Shown here: in pieces, positions 36,957 to 47,712 of the stretch
Position numbering within the stretch: the stretch's first letter is position 1
Layout: the number at the start of each line of letters is the position of its first letter
Assembly: GCA_965262855.1 (NCBI GenBank)
Contig: OZ253563.1
Location: forward strand, 546,328 to 610,327
DNA length: 64,000 nt
From: Arenicellales bacterium
GTDB taxonomy: Bacteria > Pseudomonadota > Gammaproteobacteria > Arenicellales > JAJDZL01
Reading direction: 5' to 3'
Program-made: the position numbers and the translations under genes
The notes under the pieces: model-generated
What the model was told of the DNA's origin: nothing
What the model saw: the letters and a program-made list of their open reading frames with translations, nothing else
The model's database searches: none

Positions 36957-39377
36957 TTGGCTGGCAAAGTAAAATCAACATTCTTTCGCATTGGCAGTGA
37001 ATTTCTGATGCTTCTGCTTTGGGCATTGGCATTAACTCTCGCTGCGATTTTTTTGACTTATTCTCCTGCCGATCCCGGATGGAATGCGTCTAACTCTCCG
37101 GATGAGATTTCCAATATTGGTGGAGTCATTGGTGCCTACATCGCAGACATCGGCTTATATCTATTTGGATACTTTGTAATCTTCATCCCTGTGGGTATCG
37201 CCCAATTTGGATGGAATTACCAGAGAAAGTGGAAGCGGCAGTACAGCGGGGGTGGGCAGATTTTCCTTCCAATATTGTTCTTTGTCGGCTTTGTTCTGAC
37301 ATTGTTCGGGGGGTGTGGTTTGGAAAGCCTATACGGCACATACCAGACGGGTTTTCATCGTGGTGGAGTTTTGGGTTATGAAGTTACTAAGCTTGCAGCA
37401 GCTTATATTCAAGAGTCTTGGGCCGTCTTATTGTTTGTTGGATTCTTCGTAGTTGGCACCAATTCGCTCGGTTTTTTTCCCTGGATTCGAGTATTCAACT
37501 TCACCGGAAATTTATTCTTCGCTCTCTGTCAGAATTTGTTTGCACTTGATAGAGTCGAGAGAAGACAAGCAATTTCACGGAAGAGATTTGCCGCACCGAT
37601 TCGCAGCGAGGATAGGTCAGGTGGTTTTCGATTACGTGGCGGGCTTGGAAAAACGAAATTGAAATCACAAGACAAAAGTCAGCAATCAAAGCCACCGCTT
37701 CAAGCTGAAAAGCAGAAACCGCGAGTTTCAGGTGACAAACGGCGCACTGAGCCAATCATCGTTCCATTGAAAGGTCAGATTTCGCCAGTCCAATCCGAAA
37801 ATAAATCACAATCTTCATTGGAAAAGTCAGTAACCCCATTGCGAATGAAACGGACGGCGCCCGCGAAGAAGACCACAGATGCGTCAAATAAATCTCCGTC
37901 TGCACAGCAGGCATTTCCGGATACCTCGATACTGGATCCTTCAGAAAAATTCACCAATGCCTATTCACAAGAAGAAATTAATGAAATGGCTGCCAAGATT
38001 GAGTCCATGCTGGGAGATTTCAATGTTCAGGTGGCTGTTCGAGGAGCACATCCCGGGCCGGTTATCACGCAGTTCGAAATTGATCCAGCGGCGGGCGTCA
38101 AAGCAAGCCAGATTGTAAACCTTTCCACTGACCTTGCTCGACAGTTGACAGTTATGAGCGTTCGTGTTGTTGACAATATTCCGGGAAGCTCGTACGTCGG
38201 GTTGGAAGTCCCGAATACGAAGCGCGAATTAGTTCGTCTGATTGACGGACTGGATTCGGATGAATACAAGAACTCGAAACATCCTCTGACGATGGTTTTG
38301 GGCAAGGATATTAGCGGTCGCACAGTAGTCTCGAACCTCGCAGCTATGCCACATTTGCTGATTGCAGGTACTACGGGAGCTGGTAAATCGGTTTGTTTGA
38401 ACGCGATTCTGCTGAGTTTTCTTTTCAAGTCAACACCGGACGATCTTCGATTGATCATGATTGATCCCAAGCGGCTTGAACTATCGATATACGAGGGAAT
38501 TCCGCATTTGCTCGTGCCAGTAATCACTGAAGTAGCAAAAACAGACAATGCGCTGAACTGGTGTATTTCCGAAATGGAACGTCGCTTCGAGATCATGGCC
38601 CATCTGAGTGTTCGGAACATGGAGAATTGCAATGAGATGATACGTAATTCCAAAAATCCGATTCCAGACCCTACAGCAACGGACCCTGAGCTGGCCAAGC
38701 CGCTTGTACCCTTCGCCTATATTGTCGTCATCATTGATGAATTGGCCGATTTGATCATGTCCACCTCCAAGAAATCTGAGGAATTGATTATTCGGATTGC
38801 ACAGCGAGCGCGCGCAGCAGGTATTCATCTGATTGTTGCAACACAACGTCCTTCCACCGATGTGATACGCGGCACACTCAAGGCAAATATTCCAACGAGA
38901 ATCGCGTTCAAGGTAGCTTCAAACGCTGATTCTCGAACGATTCTTGATCAACCGGGCGCTGAACATTTGTTGGGAGCGGGGGACATGTTGTTTATTCCAC
39001 CTGGAAGTGCGTCGGCTAAGCGTGTGCATGGTGCGTTTGTAGACGATGATGAAGTCAAACGAGTCGTTGATAACGTCAAACGCTCAGGAGAGCCTGTGTA
39101 CGACGAAAGCATGGAAGCGGCATTGAACAATGAGGTTGGTTCCAATTCTAGCAATGGCAGATTTGGATTGAATGATGAAGAGGATGAACTTTACAATGCT
39201 GCTCTGGATTTTGTGGTGCGTTCCAGGCGACCGACTATATCTTCGGTTCAGCGGCATTTGCGCATTGGCTATAACAGAGCCGCAAGAATTATTGAGAACA
39301 TGGAGGCAGCCGGGGCGATCAGCCCGCTTCAAGCTGGTGGAAAGCGAGAGGTTCTAATTCCGCCGCCGGAGAAATGA
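36957..39377 (+). CDS. ftsK: DNA translocase FtsK
   Basis: It has N-terminal TM helices, a low-complexity linker, the Walker A motif GTTGAGKSV, and a gamma domain (LYNAALDFVVRSRRPTISSVQRHLRIGYNRAARIIENME). It starts with TTG. Confidence 0.9.
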   Translation: MAGKVKSTFFRIGSEFLMLLLWALALTLAAIFLTYSPADPGWNASNSPDEISNIGGVIGAYIADIGLYLFGYFVIFIPVGIAQFGWNYQRKWKRQYSGGGQIFLPILFFVGFVLTLFGGCGLESLYGTYQTGFHRGGVLGYEVTKLAAAYIQESWAVLLFVGFFVVGTNSLGFFPWIRVFNFTGNLFFALCQNLFALDRVERRQAISRKRFAAPIRSEDRSGGFRLRGGLGKTKLKSQDKSQQSKPPLQAEKQKPRVSGDKRRTEPIIVPLKGQISPVQSENKSQSSLEKSVTPLRMKRTAPAKKTTDASNKSPSAQQAFPDTSILDPSEKFTNAYSQEEINEMAAKIESMLGDFNVQVAVRGAHPGPVITQFEIDPAAGVKASQIVNLSTDLARQLTVMSVRVVDNIPGSSYVGLEVPNTKRELVRLIDGLDSDEYKNSKHPLTMVLGKDISGRTVVSNLAAMPHLLIAGTTGAGKSVCLNAILLSFLFKSTPDDLRLIMIDPKRLELSIYEGIPHLLVPVITEVAKTDNALNWCISEMERRFEIMAHLSVRNMENCNEMIRNSKNPIPDPTATDPELAKPLVPFAYIVVIIDELADLIMSTSKKSEELIIRIAQRARAAGIHLIVATQRPSTDVIRGTLKANIPTRIAFKVASNADSRTILDQPGAEHLLGAGDMLFIPPGSASAKRVHGAFVDDDEVKRVVDNVKRSGEPVYDESMEAALNNEVGSNSSNGRFGLNDEEDELYNAALDFVVRSRRPTISSVQRHLRIGYNRAARIIENMEAAGAISPLQAGGKREVLIPPPEK

Positions 39378-39378
39378 C

Positions 39379-40029
39379 ATGAAAATATTTAGCAAAAAAT
39401 CTCTTGTACGCATACTGGCACTGCTGGTATTGATTGCACCTACAGTAGCAATTTCTTCCGCATCATTGGATAGACTGTCCAAGTTTTTCGAGCAGGACAG
39501 CACCTATTTCGCAGAATTCTATCAGGTGATTCTTGATGAAGGGCTGTTTTTGGTGGAAGAGAGTGTCGGCTTGCTGTGGTTGTCTCGCCCGAATCGATTT
39601 CGTTGGGAGTATTCCGAACCGTTCGCTCAGACAATCGTCAGTGATGGAATAAATATTTGGGAATATGATGTTGAGCTGGAACAGGCAACGGTTCGAAAAT
39701 TTACTGATGTTGTCGATCGTAGTGCCGCACAAATCTTAGCTGGTACAAACGATCTTGAAGAAAATTACATTGTCGAAGATCTGGACATTCAAGGGCAGTT
39801 GGCCTGGGTTTCAATCCAGCCGAAAACTGAGGAATCTGCCCAGTTTCAATCCATGCGACTTGGATTTGATGAACGGAGTCTGAGGAATGTAGAAATTCTG
39901 GATACATTGGGAAACACTACGAGACTCCAGTTACTTGATGTCGTCCAGGGTTCTGAATTCGATGAGGCAACCTTTCAGATTGTTCTACCGCAAGGTGTAG
40001 ACCTGATCGATGCACGTGAAGAGGAATAG
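39379..40029 (+). CDS. lolA: outer-membrane lipoprotein carrier protein
   Basis: The 216-aa product has a signal peptide and ...LWLSRPNRFRWEYSEPFAQTIVSDGINIWEYD... It sits between ftsK and rarA, as in E. coli. Confidence 0.85.
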   Translation: MKIFSKKSLVRILALLVLIAPTVAISSASLDRLSKFFEQDSTYFAEFYQVILDEGLFLVEESVGLLWLSRPNRFRWEYSEPFAQTIVSDGINIWEYDVELEQATVRKFTDVVDRSAAQILAGTNDLEENYIVEDLDIQGQLAWVSIQPKTEESAQFQSMRLGFDERSLRNVEILDTLGNTTRLQLLDVVQGSEFDEATFQIVLPQGVDLIDAREEE

Positions 40030-40071
40030 CGAGTTGAAGCAACCTCAATTGCCAAAAATCAATTTCTCAAT

Positions 40072-41409
40072 TTGGACAAATCAGATATCAACAATTCTAA
40101 GAGTTATCGTCAACTAACTCCGCTTGCGGAGCTTCTGCGACCCGAAACAGTCGATGATGTTTTTGGTCAAAATCATCTACTGTCTGCTGGCAAGCCATTA
40201 CGAACAGCAATCGAAGCTGGAATTCCCCACTCCATGGTTTTGTGGGGGCCTCCAGGAAGTGGCAAGACCACTCTCGCTCGAATTATCTCCGGCTCGCTCA
40301 ATGCTCAAATTCTGACTATCTCGGCTGTCAAAAGCGGAATTCAGGATATCCGAAAAGCGGTCGAGTCGGGCAGCAGTGCAAAGAGTCAGGGAAAGGCAAC
40401 GGTGTTGTTCGTCGACGAGGTTCACAGATTCAACAAAGTTCAACAAGATGCTTTTCTGCCTCATATTGAAAATGGAGACCTAATATTTATCGGAGCTACA
40501 ACTGAAAACCCAGGATTCGAGTTGAATGGTGCGCTTCTGTCGAGGTTGAAAGTTTATGTGCTAAAACTTCTACAGATTGAAGATGTTCGAAAAGTTCTAC
40601 ATCGAAGTCTGACTGTCGGCTCTGATGTACTGCCTGATAACTTTTCCATTTCAGAGCAGGCTCAAGCTATTTTCGTGGAAGCTTCGGGTGGAGATGCAAG
40701 AAGAGTATTGAATTACATTGAAGTGGCTGCTGGAATCGTGGAAAGCGAAAAAGACACAACTGTATCGGCGAATTTAGCCGCCGAAGTTGTTGGCGAGCCA
40801 ATGGCCAGATTCGACAAACGAGGCGACATATTTTACGAGCAGATATCAGCGCTTCACAAATCAGTGCGGGGGTCTGATCCCGATGCCTCACTATATTGGC
40901 TCGCGCGAATGCTGGCAGGTGGATGTGACCCGATCTATATCGCAAGAAGGGTTGTTCGCATTGCCAGCGAAGACATTGGAAATGCTGATCCACATGCACT
41001 CAATGTTGCACTCAACGGTTGGGAAACCTATCAGAGATTGGGTACACCTGAAGGAGAGCTGGCAATCGCACAGGCGGTAATTTATCTGGCCTGCTGTCCG
41101 AAGAGCAACGCAGTGTACGAGGCATTTGGAAAAGCACACAATGACGCAAAGATATTTGGTGATCTTGAAGTGCCGCTTCACCTGCGAAACGCACCGACGC
41201 AGTTGATGAAGGAATTGGGGTACGGCGAAGAATATCGCTATGCTCACGACGAACCCGGTGGAATCGCGACAGGTGAGAACTACTTTCCTGAAGGAATGCG
41301 ACAGACGAGATATTATCAACCCGTTGAGCGCGGTGTGGAAAAGAGAATCAAGGATTATCTGCAGGCTATTCGACAGCAACAGGGTACAAAGTCCAAGCAC
41401 ATTGGGTAG
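40072..41409 (+). CDS. rarA: replication-associated recombination protein A (AAA+ ATPase)
   Basis: It has LWGPPGSGKTTLARII and VLFVDEVHRFNKVQQDAFLP, plus a MgsA C-terminal domain. Confidence 0.9.
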   Translation: MDKSDINNSKSYRQLTPLAELLRPETVDDVFGQNHLLSAGKPLRTAIEAGIPHSMVLWGPPGSGKTTLARIISGSLNAQILTISAVKSGIQDIRKAVESGSSAKSQGKATVLFVDEVHRFNKVQQDAFLPHIENGDLIFIGATTENPGFELNGALLSRLKVYVLKLLQIEDVRKVLHRSLTVGSDVLPDNFSISEQAQAIFVEASGGDARRVLNYIEVAAGIVESEKDTTVSANLAAEVVGEPMARFDKRGDIFYEQISALHKSVRGSDPDASLYWLARMLAGGCDPIYIARRVVRIASEDIGNADPHALNVALNGWETYQRLGTPEGELAIAQAVIYLACCPKSNAVYEAFGKAHNDAKIFGDLEVPLHLRNAPTQLMKELGYGEEYRYAHDEPGGIATGENYFPEGMRQTRYYQPVERGVEKRIKDYLQAIRQQQGTKSKHIG

Positions 41410-41502
41410 AGCTTTACAAATCTAATTCGATTGCGAATTCACATTTTATAATCTGCTTGACAGTTCTGAATTCCATCCATATTACGACAGTTCGAGGGCA
41501 AA

Positions 41503-42783
41503 ATGCTTGATCAACAGGTACTTCGTAACGAGTACAAGTCAATCGCAAAGAAGCTCAAGCCGAGAGGTTATGAGTTCGACATAGCTTATTTTGAAGATCT
41601 CGAATTCCGCAGAAAATCTATCCAGTCAGACACAGAAGCGGCTCGAAACAGGCGAAATCAGCTTTCCAAAGAAATTGGAGCGATGAAATCTTCCGGTGAA
41701 GATGTATCTGATTTGATGGTCGAAGTAGCGAATGTCGGCACGGAACTTAGTGACTTTGAGGAACAGTTCGCCTTAATTCAAAATGAAATTCATGCCTTTC
41801 AATCGAACATCCCCAACATTGCTCACGACTCAGTTCCGATCGGCAACTCCGAAGAAGATAATGAGGAGATCCGAAAGGTTGGAAAAATCAGAGAATTCGA
41901 TTTCGAGCCTAAAGATCACGTTGCTCTGGGTGAAGGGCTAGGAATGCTTGATTTTGAATTGGCCGCAAAACTTGCAGGGTCGAGATTTGTCGTAATGCGT
42001 CAGAAGCTTGCCGCACTTCATCGAGCAATATCGCAATTGATGATCGATACACATACTCGAGAGCACGGCTACGAAGAAATCAATCTTCCATTTATTGTCA
42101 ATGCAGACATACTGTACGGTACTGGGCAACTTCCAAAGTTTCAAGATGATCAGTTTCATCTTGAGGATTCCCGTGATTTTTACTTGATTCCAACTGCGGA
42201 AGTTCCGTTAACCAATATTGTCAGGAATTGCATTCTTGAACCGGCGGATTTGCCCATGCAGTTTGTTGCGCATACTCCTTGCTTTCGTCGGGAAGCCGGC
42301 TCATATGGCAAGGACACCCGTGGCATGATTCGTCAGCATCAGTTTGAAAAAGTTGAACTTGTTCATATTGTCAGTCCGGAAACTTCATATGCGGTTCTAG
42401 AAGAACTAACCGCAAATGCAGAGCAAATTCTCAAACTGCTAGGTCTGCCTTATCGCGTTATCGTGTTGTGTACCGGCGATATGGGATTCAGTGCGGCAAA
42501 GACTTACGACATTGAAGTCTGGCTTCCTGGTCAGCAGAAATATCGGGAAATTTCGTCTTGCAGCAACTGTGAGGGTTTCCAGGCTCGCAGGATGAAAGCT
42601 CGCTGGCGCAATCCGCAGACGAAGCGTCCGGAACCAATGCATACTTTGAACGGCTCCGGTCTAGCTGTAGGTAGGGCATTTATTGCCGTGGTGGAGAACT
42701 ACCAGAACGAAGATGGTAGTATTGACGTCCCTGATTTGCTTAAACCTTATATGGGAGGAATCAGCCGAATTGAACCTCGTTGA
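41503..42783 (+). CDS. serS: seryl-tRNA synthetase
   Basis: It has an N-terminal coiled coil and the class II motifs ...TAEVPLTN... and [25 protein letters not shown]. Confidence 0.95.
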   Translation: MLDQQVLRNEYKSIAKKLKPRGYEFDIAYFEDLEFRRKSIQSDTEAARNRRNQLSKEIGAMKSSGEDVSDLMVEVANVGTELSDFEEQFALIQNEIHAFQSNIPNIAHDSVPIGNSEEDNEEIRKVGKIREFDFEPKDHVALGEGLGMLDFELAAKLAGSRFVVMRQKLAALHRAISQLMIDTHTREHGYEEINLPFIVNADILYGTGQLPKFQDDQFHLEDSRDFYLIPTAEVPLTNIVRNCILEPADLPMQFVAHTPCFRREAGSYGKDTRGMIRQHQFEKVELVHIVSPETSYAVLEELTANAEQILKLLGLPYRVIVLCTGDMGFSAAKTYDIEVWLPGQQKYREISSCSNCEGFQARRMKARWRNPQTKRPEPMHTLNGSGLAVGRAFIAVVENYQNEDGSIDVPDLLKPYMGGISRIEPR

Positions 42784-43149
42784 GCACTCTGTAACAACAA
42801 CTCCTATCGTGCTGATGAGTTAGAACCAATTGGCAGAAAGGAATACTCTCATATTAGAATGAGACTTGTGTCGGTTTCGTCTGTCGCTGTGCCTAATTGA
42901 TACTCCTGTATTATTCTGTTTGCATTTGGATCTGTGAATTTTGGATGCTTTTGGTCGATACACGTGTAAATAATTCCAACAGTAATGCCATCTGCTGGTT
43001 TCGTTTTCTTCCGATTTGCGAGCCGATAATTGCAACGGCTTGATATATCGTATGTTACGCTTAGTGTTGAACGTGCATGTTGGTAAAGATCATGCGATAT
43101 AGCAAAATTTTCCAGCGTCACACGGCAATGTTTTATAACGGGTTTTACC

Positions 43150-44679
43150 ATGATTATCGATGAAATTCTAATGGGGAGTTTACAGTTTCTCTCTGCACTA
43201 TTCATTTTTGCAGTAGGTATGGGTGTTGCGGTTGTTACAGTAATTTTCATCATAGACGTAAGACAGACGCGCGATGCGGTCAGAAGAAATTATCCAGTTC
43301 TGGGAAGATTTCGTTATCTATTTTCAATGCTTGGCGAATTTTTTCGCCAGTATTTCTTCGCAATGGACCGTGAAGAAATGCCCTTCAATCGAGCTGAAAG
43401 GGATTGGATAGAACGCTCTTCAAAGAATGTGGACAACACCGTCGCGTTTGGTTCTACGCGAAGTTTGTCTCCTGTTGGCACGACGATTTTTGTGAACTGC
43501 CCGTTCCCCACTTTGACAGAACATGCGGTTGCAATGGTGCCGATGTTGATCGGACCTTACAGCAGAAATCCCTACAATGCTCCTTCATTTTTCAATATTT
43601 CCGGCATGAGCTATGGAGCGCTTTCGACTCCCGCAGTACGTGCGCTGTCGAAAGGCGCCAAATTGGCTGGCTGCTGGTACAACACTGGAGAAGGCGGGCT
43701 TTCAAGCCATCACCTTGAAGGGGGATGCGACATTGTGTTTCAGATCGGAACGGCAAAATATGGCGTTCGCGATAAGGAAGGAAATCTGGATGCGGACAAA
43801 CTCCGGGAAGCCGCTGCCCACGAACAAGTCAAGATGTTTGAGTTGAAACTCAGCCAAGGTGCTAAACCTGGCAAGGGCGGAATATTGCCGGCAGCTAAGG
43901 TCACTGAAGAAATCGCCGCAATTAGAGGCATACCGGCAGGCGAAGCGTCGATCTCTCCTAATCGTCATCCTGAAATCGACAATATTTCCGATCTTCTCGA
44001 CGTGATTGAGAAAATTCGTGATATTTCCGGCAAACCGGTCGGTTTTAAATCCGTTTTCGGCAATTTCGAATGGCTTGAAGAAATTTGTTTGGAAATTCAT
44101 GCGCGCGGTATTGAAAGCGCTCCCGATTTCATTACTGTCGATAGCGGTGATGGCGGCACGGGTGCGGCACCCATGCCATTAATGGACAATGTCGGTTTAC
44201 CCGTGCGCGAGTCGCTTCCCTTGGTATCTGACGTCCTGCACAAATATGGACTGCGCGAACGAATCAGGACAATTTCGTCGGGCAAGCTTGTCAACCCGTC
44301 AGAGGTTGCGTGGGCGATTGCTACTGGTGCCAATTTTGTGACATCAGCGCGAGGCTTCATGTTCGCGCTCGGTTGCATTCAATCACTCAAATGCAACAAG
44401 AATACCTGCCCAACAGGGGTCACGACACACAATCCAAGGCTTCAAAAAGGCCTGAACCCTGCTGACAAATCGGTAAAGGTAGCCAATTACTGCAAGAAAC
44501 TGATCCAGGAAGTTCAGATCATTTCCCATTCGTGTGGCGTCGTGCGGCCGCGTTTGATGAACAGGGGACACGTTCGAATTGTTCAAAGCGATGGAAAATC
44601 AACTCCGATGCATGTGCTTTATCCACACCCTGTTGTTCTTTCTGAATATACGGCAGTCGGTAGTGATCGTTCTATTTGA
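43150..44679 (+). CDS. FMN-binding glutamate synthase family protein (GltB domain 2-like, membrane-anchored)
   Basis: The 509-aa product has an N-terminal TM helix, then ...RNYPVLGRFRYLF..., ...ISGMSYGALS... and ...LKLSQGAKPGKGGILP... Confidence 0.8.
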   Translation: MIIDEILMGSLQFLSALFIFAVGMGVAVVTVIFIIDVRQTRDAVRRNYPVLGRFRYLFSMLGEFFRQYFFAMDREEMPFNRAERDWIERSSKNVDNTVAFGSTRSLSPVGTTIFVNCPFPTLTEHAVAMVPMLIGPYSRNPYNAPSFFNISGMSYGALSTPAVRALSKGAKLAGCWYNTGEGGLSSHHLEGGCDIVFQIGTAKYGVRDKEGNLDADKLREAAAHEQVKMFELKLSQGAKPGKGGILPAAKVTEEIAAIRGIPAGEASISPNRHPEIDNISDLLDVIEKIRDISGKPVGFKSVFGNFEWLEEICLEIHARGIESAPDFITVDSGDGGTGAAPMPLMDNVGLPVRESLPLVSDVLHKYGLRERIRTISSGKLVNPSEVAWAIATGANFVTSARGFMFALGCIQSLKCNKNTCPTGVTTHNPRLQKGLNPADKSVKVANYCKKLIQEVQIISHSCGVVRPRLMNRGHVRIVQSDGKSTPMHVLYPHPVVLSEYTAVGSDRSI

Positions 44680-44792
44680 TTGATGTTGCCTGTTGGATTC
44701 AGATTGGAAATTCGTGTGAAATGCCAGTAACAGCTTTCGTATTCCCATTAAATTTCAAGAGCATAACTTTGAAATCGATATCAGTTTATACC

Positions 44793-46232
44793 TCAGCGGT
44801 TGCCTGATTTTGATTTCTTAGGCAGGTAAAGATCCGTAATCGTTCCTTCATACGTTTCAGCGGCAAATCCAATCGTTTCTGAAAGCGTCGGATGGGCGTG
44901 AATGGTCAGTGCAATATCTTCTGCATCAGAGCCCATTTCAATCGCCAATGCTGCTTCTGCGATTAGTTCTCCTGCGTTCGTACCTACAATCCCGGCGCCA
45001 ATCAATCTGTTGGTAGTCGGATCAAACAGAAGTTTGGTAGTTCCCTCTGGGCGGGACATCGACAGTGCCCTGCCGCTGGCGCGCCACGGAAAGACAGCAT
45101 TCTCAAAGGGTGTACCGGTTTTTTTGGCTTCTCTCTCGGTCAGTCCAACCCAGGCAATTTCAGGGTCAGTGTAGGCCACCGACGGTATGATGGAAGTGTC
45201 GAAGCCGGAATTCATTCCAGCAATGACTTTTGCTGCAACTTTGCCCTGATGGCTGGCTCGGTGCGCCAGCATGGGCTGTCCGGTAATATCGCCAATTGCA
45301 AAGATTCCTTCTACGTTTGTTCGCTGTTGTCGATCGACTGGAATGACGCCATTTTCATCAACTTCGATTCCAGCGGCAACGGCACCGATTGAATTTCCGT
45401 TTGCCGTTCGACCGACCGCGGTCAGTATCATATCGAAGCTGTCTTCAGTTCTTTTTCCATTGCTTTCAAATACAACCTTGAGGTTGTCCTTGTTGGCATC
45501 AACGGAAACGACGGCAGTCTTGAGCATGATTTGTTGGTAATTTTTCTTGATACGGGCAGTAAGAGGTTTTACGATATCTGCATCAGCTTCGACGATAAGG
45601 CTGTCCATGATTTCCACTACGGTAATCGAACACCCGAGCTCGTGATATACGGTTGCCAACTCAAGTCCGATGATTCCACCACCGATGATCAGGAGTCGTT
45701 CAGGAACTTTCTGCAGTGACAGAGCACCGGTTGAATCGACAATACGAGGATCGTCTGGCAAGAAAGGCAAAGAGGATGGGCGAGAGCCGGCGGCAATCAC
45801 AGCGTCTCGAAAAAAAACTTTTTTTACACTGTTTTCATCAACTACGTTAATGGATTCTGAACTGGAAAATTGACCGTATCCAGTAATGACTCTAACGCCT
45901 CTTTGTTTCGCTAGCGCGGCCAGGCCTCCTGTCAGTTGACCGACGACTTTGTCCACCCAACTACGAAGCTTCTGAGGATCAATGTCGGGATTCTCAAATG
46001 TGACTCCACAGTCTTTGATTTCACTCGCTTCGCAGATGACCTTTGCCACATGAAGCAAAGCTTTGGATGGTATACACCCGACGTTGAGGCAAACACCGCC
46101 AAGCTGCGGATAGCGCTCAATTAAAACCGTTTTTTTGCCAAGATCAGCCGCTCGAAACGCAGCGGTGTATCCGCCGGGACCGGCACCAAGAACCGCAACA
46201 TCGGCGTGAATATTCGAATCGTTGTCGTTCAA
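44793..46232 (-). CDS. lpdA: dihydrolipoyl dehydrogenase (E3)
   Basis: It has GAGPGGYTAAFRAADLG and the redox disulfide motif GGVCLNVGCIPSKALL. It lies directly downstream of aceF. The apparent start is TTG. Confidence 0.9.
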   Translation of the reverse strand: MNDNDSNIHADVAVLGAGPGGYTAAFRAADLGKKTVLIERYPQLGGVCLNVGCIPSKALLHVAKVICEASEIKDCGVTFENPDIDPQKLRSWVDKVVGQLTGGLAALAKQRGVRVITGYGQFSSSESINVVDENSVKKVFFRDAVIAAGSRPSSLPFLPDDPRIVDSTGALSLQKVPERLLIIGGGIIGLELATVYHELGCSITVVEIMDSLIVEADADIVKPLTARIKKNYQQIMLKTAVVSVDANKDNLKVVFESNGKRTEDSFDMILTAVGRTANGNSIGAVAAGIEVDENGVIPVDRQQRTNVEGIFAIGDITGQPMLAHRASHQGKVAAKVIAGMNSGFDTSIIPSVAYTDPEIAWVGLTEREAKKTGTPFENAVFPWRASGRALSMSRPEGTTKLLFDPTTNRLIGAGIVGTNAGELIAEAALAIEMGSDAEDIALTIHAHPTLSETIGFAAETYEGTITDLYLPKKSKSGNR

Positions 46233-46272
46233 GACGTTCAGGTTCGTTGATTAACTGTAGAAAAGGATGCGA

Positions 46273-47610
46273 CTACAACAGAATCCGTCTTGAATCGTAT
46301 AGCAGTTCGCAGACAAACTTTGTGAATCGTGCTGCTTCGGCACCGTCAATTACTCTGTGATCGTACGAAAGTGACAATGGCAGCATAGTCTTCCACTCCA
46401 TGCCGTCTTCGGCTGGCACTGCTATCTGATGATTCCTGCTAACTCCTAGAATCGCAACCTCCGGAGGATTGATGATTGGCGTAAAGAAACGCCCGCCAAT
46501 ACCACCAAGGCTTGAAATCGTGAAACAGCCGCCTTGAAAATCAGAAGGTGTCAGTTCTCCGTTTCGAGCTTTTGCGCCGAGCGCTTGCAGCATTCTCGCG
46601 ATGTCCAGCACACCTAAAGTCTGAATATCTCTGATTACTGGAACGACCAATCCGTTTGGTGTATCAACGGCAACACCAATATTAAAGTATTTCTTTAAGA
46701 TTAGGCTTTGGCCATCTGGAGATAAAGATGAATTGAAATTCGGATATTGCTGAAGGGCATTGATAATGGCTTTACAGATGAAAGCCAGAATCGTTACTCG
46801 AGTACCGGCAATTTTCTCCTCGGCATCAATCGCTTTACGAAACAGTTCAAGTTCGGTAGTGTTTGCTTCATCATGATGTGTGACGTGCGGAATATCTAGC
46901 CACGAACGGTGCAGACGATCTCCGGTGATTCGCTTGATTTTCGACAGTTTGAGAATTTCGGTTTCACCAAATTTAGAGAAATCGACCTCTGGAATAGGGG
47001 GTGGGCCAAATCTGTATCCGCTGTCTTGTGAAGCACCGTCCTGCATTCGTTGTTTGACTTGATTTTTGATATCATCCCGAGTGATTCGCCCTTTCGCGCC
47101 TGTCCCTCTGATTTGAGATAAATCAACTCCCAGTTCTCTTGCAAATCGTCGTACGCTCGGACTCGCGTGGGGAAGAGTGCCTTTCGATCGCTCGACAGGT
47201 GGTGGCAGGGTTGGAGGCGGAGGTGGTACGTAATAATCGTTCTGAGACTGTTTGTCATCTTCAACAGCCATATCCGTTTCTTCTGTAACAGGCGCTGTTG
47301 TGATTTCCTCAGTAGTCGCCTCTTCAACAGCCGGTTCAGGTTGTTCCGAAGTTTCTTCTACAGTTTCCCCAGATGCCGCGACACTCAACAGATGATCGCC
47401 TTCTGAAATCTTGTCACCTAAATTGACAACTAAATCTATGACTTTACCTGCGACTGGAGACGGTACATCCATCGTCGCCTTGTCGCTCTCTAAGGTCAGG
47501 ACTGAATCATCGACGGCAACTGTATCACCGACTGCAACATGCAATTCGATGACTTCTACATCTGTGAAGTCTCCGATGTCTGGCAACAGTACTTTGCTAG
47601 GTTCGCTCAT
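46273..47610 (-). CDS. aceF: pyruvate dehydrogenase E2, dihydrolipoyllysine acetyltransferase (single lipoyl domain)
   Basis: It has the lipoyl motif LESDKATMDVPS, an E3-binding region and the catalytic motif SLSYDHRVIDGA. Confidence 0.9.
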   Translation of the reverse strand: MSEPSKVLLPDIGDFTDVEVIELHVAVGDTVAVDDSVLTLESDKATMDVPSPVAGKVIDLVVNLGDKISEGDHLLSVAASGETVEETSEQPEPAVEEATTEEITTAPVTEETDMAVEDDKQSQNDYYVPPPPPTLPPPVERSKGTLPHASPSVRRFARELGVDLSQIRGTGAKGRITRDDIKNQVKQRMQDGASQDSGYRFGPPPIPEVDFSKFGETEILKLSKIKRITGDRLHRSWLDIPHVTHHDEANTTELELFRKAIDAEEKIAGTRVTILAFICKAIINALQQYPNFNSSLSPDGQSLILKKYFNIGVAVDTPNGLVVPVIRDIQTLGVLDIARMLQALGAKARNGELTPSDFQGGCFTISSLGGIGGRFFTPIINPPEVAILGVSRNHQIAVPAEDGMEWKTMLPLSLSYDHRVIDGAEAARFTKFVCELLYDSRRILL

Positions 47611-47712
47611 CGATATAGACTGTGAAAGTGATAATCAAATTACCTCCAAAGGGTAGTATCTTTAAAAATGTGAGAGATGTGACGGTTAAAGGGACTAATC
47701 CACTCGCTCAGT

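Noticed and set aside
42849-43253. A 134-aa minus-strand ORF in the spacer between serS and the glutamate-synthase-like gene.
   Set aside because: Its upstream part overlaps the N-terminal TM helix of the plus-strand gene. The only internal Met start would share its start-codon bases with that gene (43149-43152). I recognise no domain. I cannot exclude a shorter real gene with a non-ATG start.
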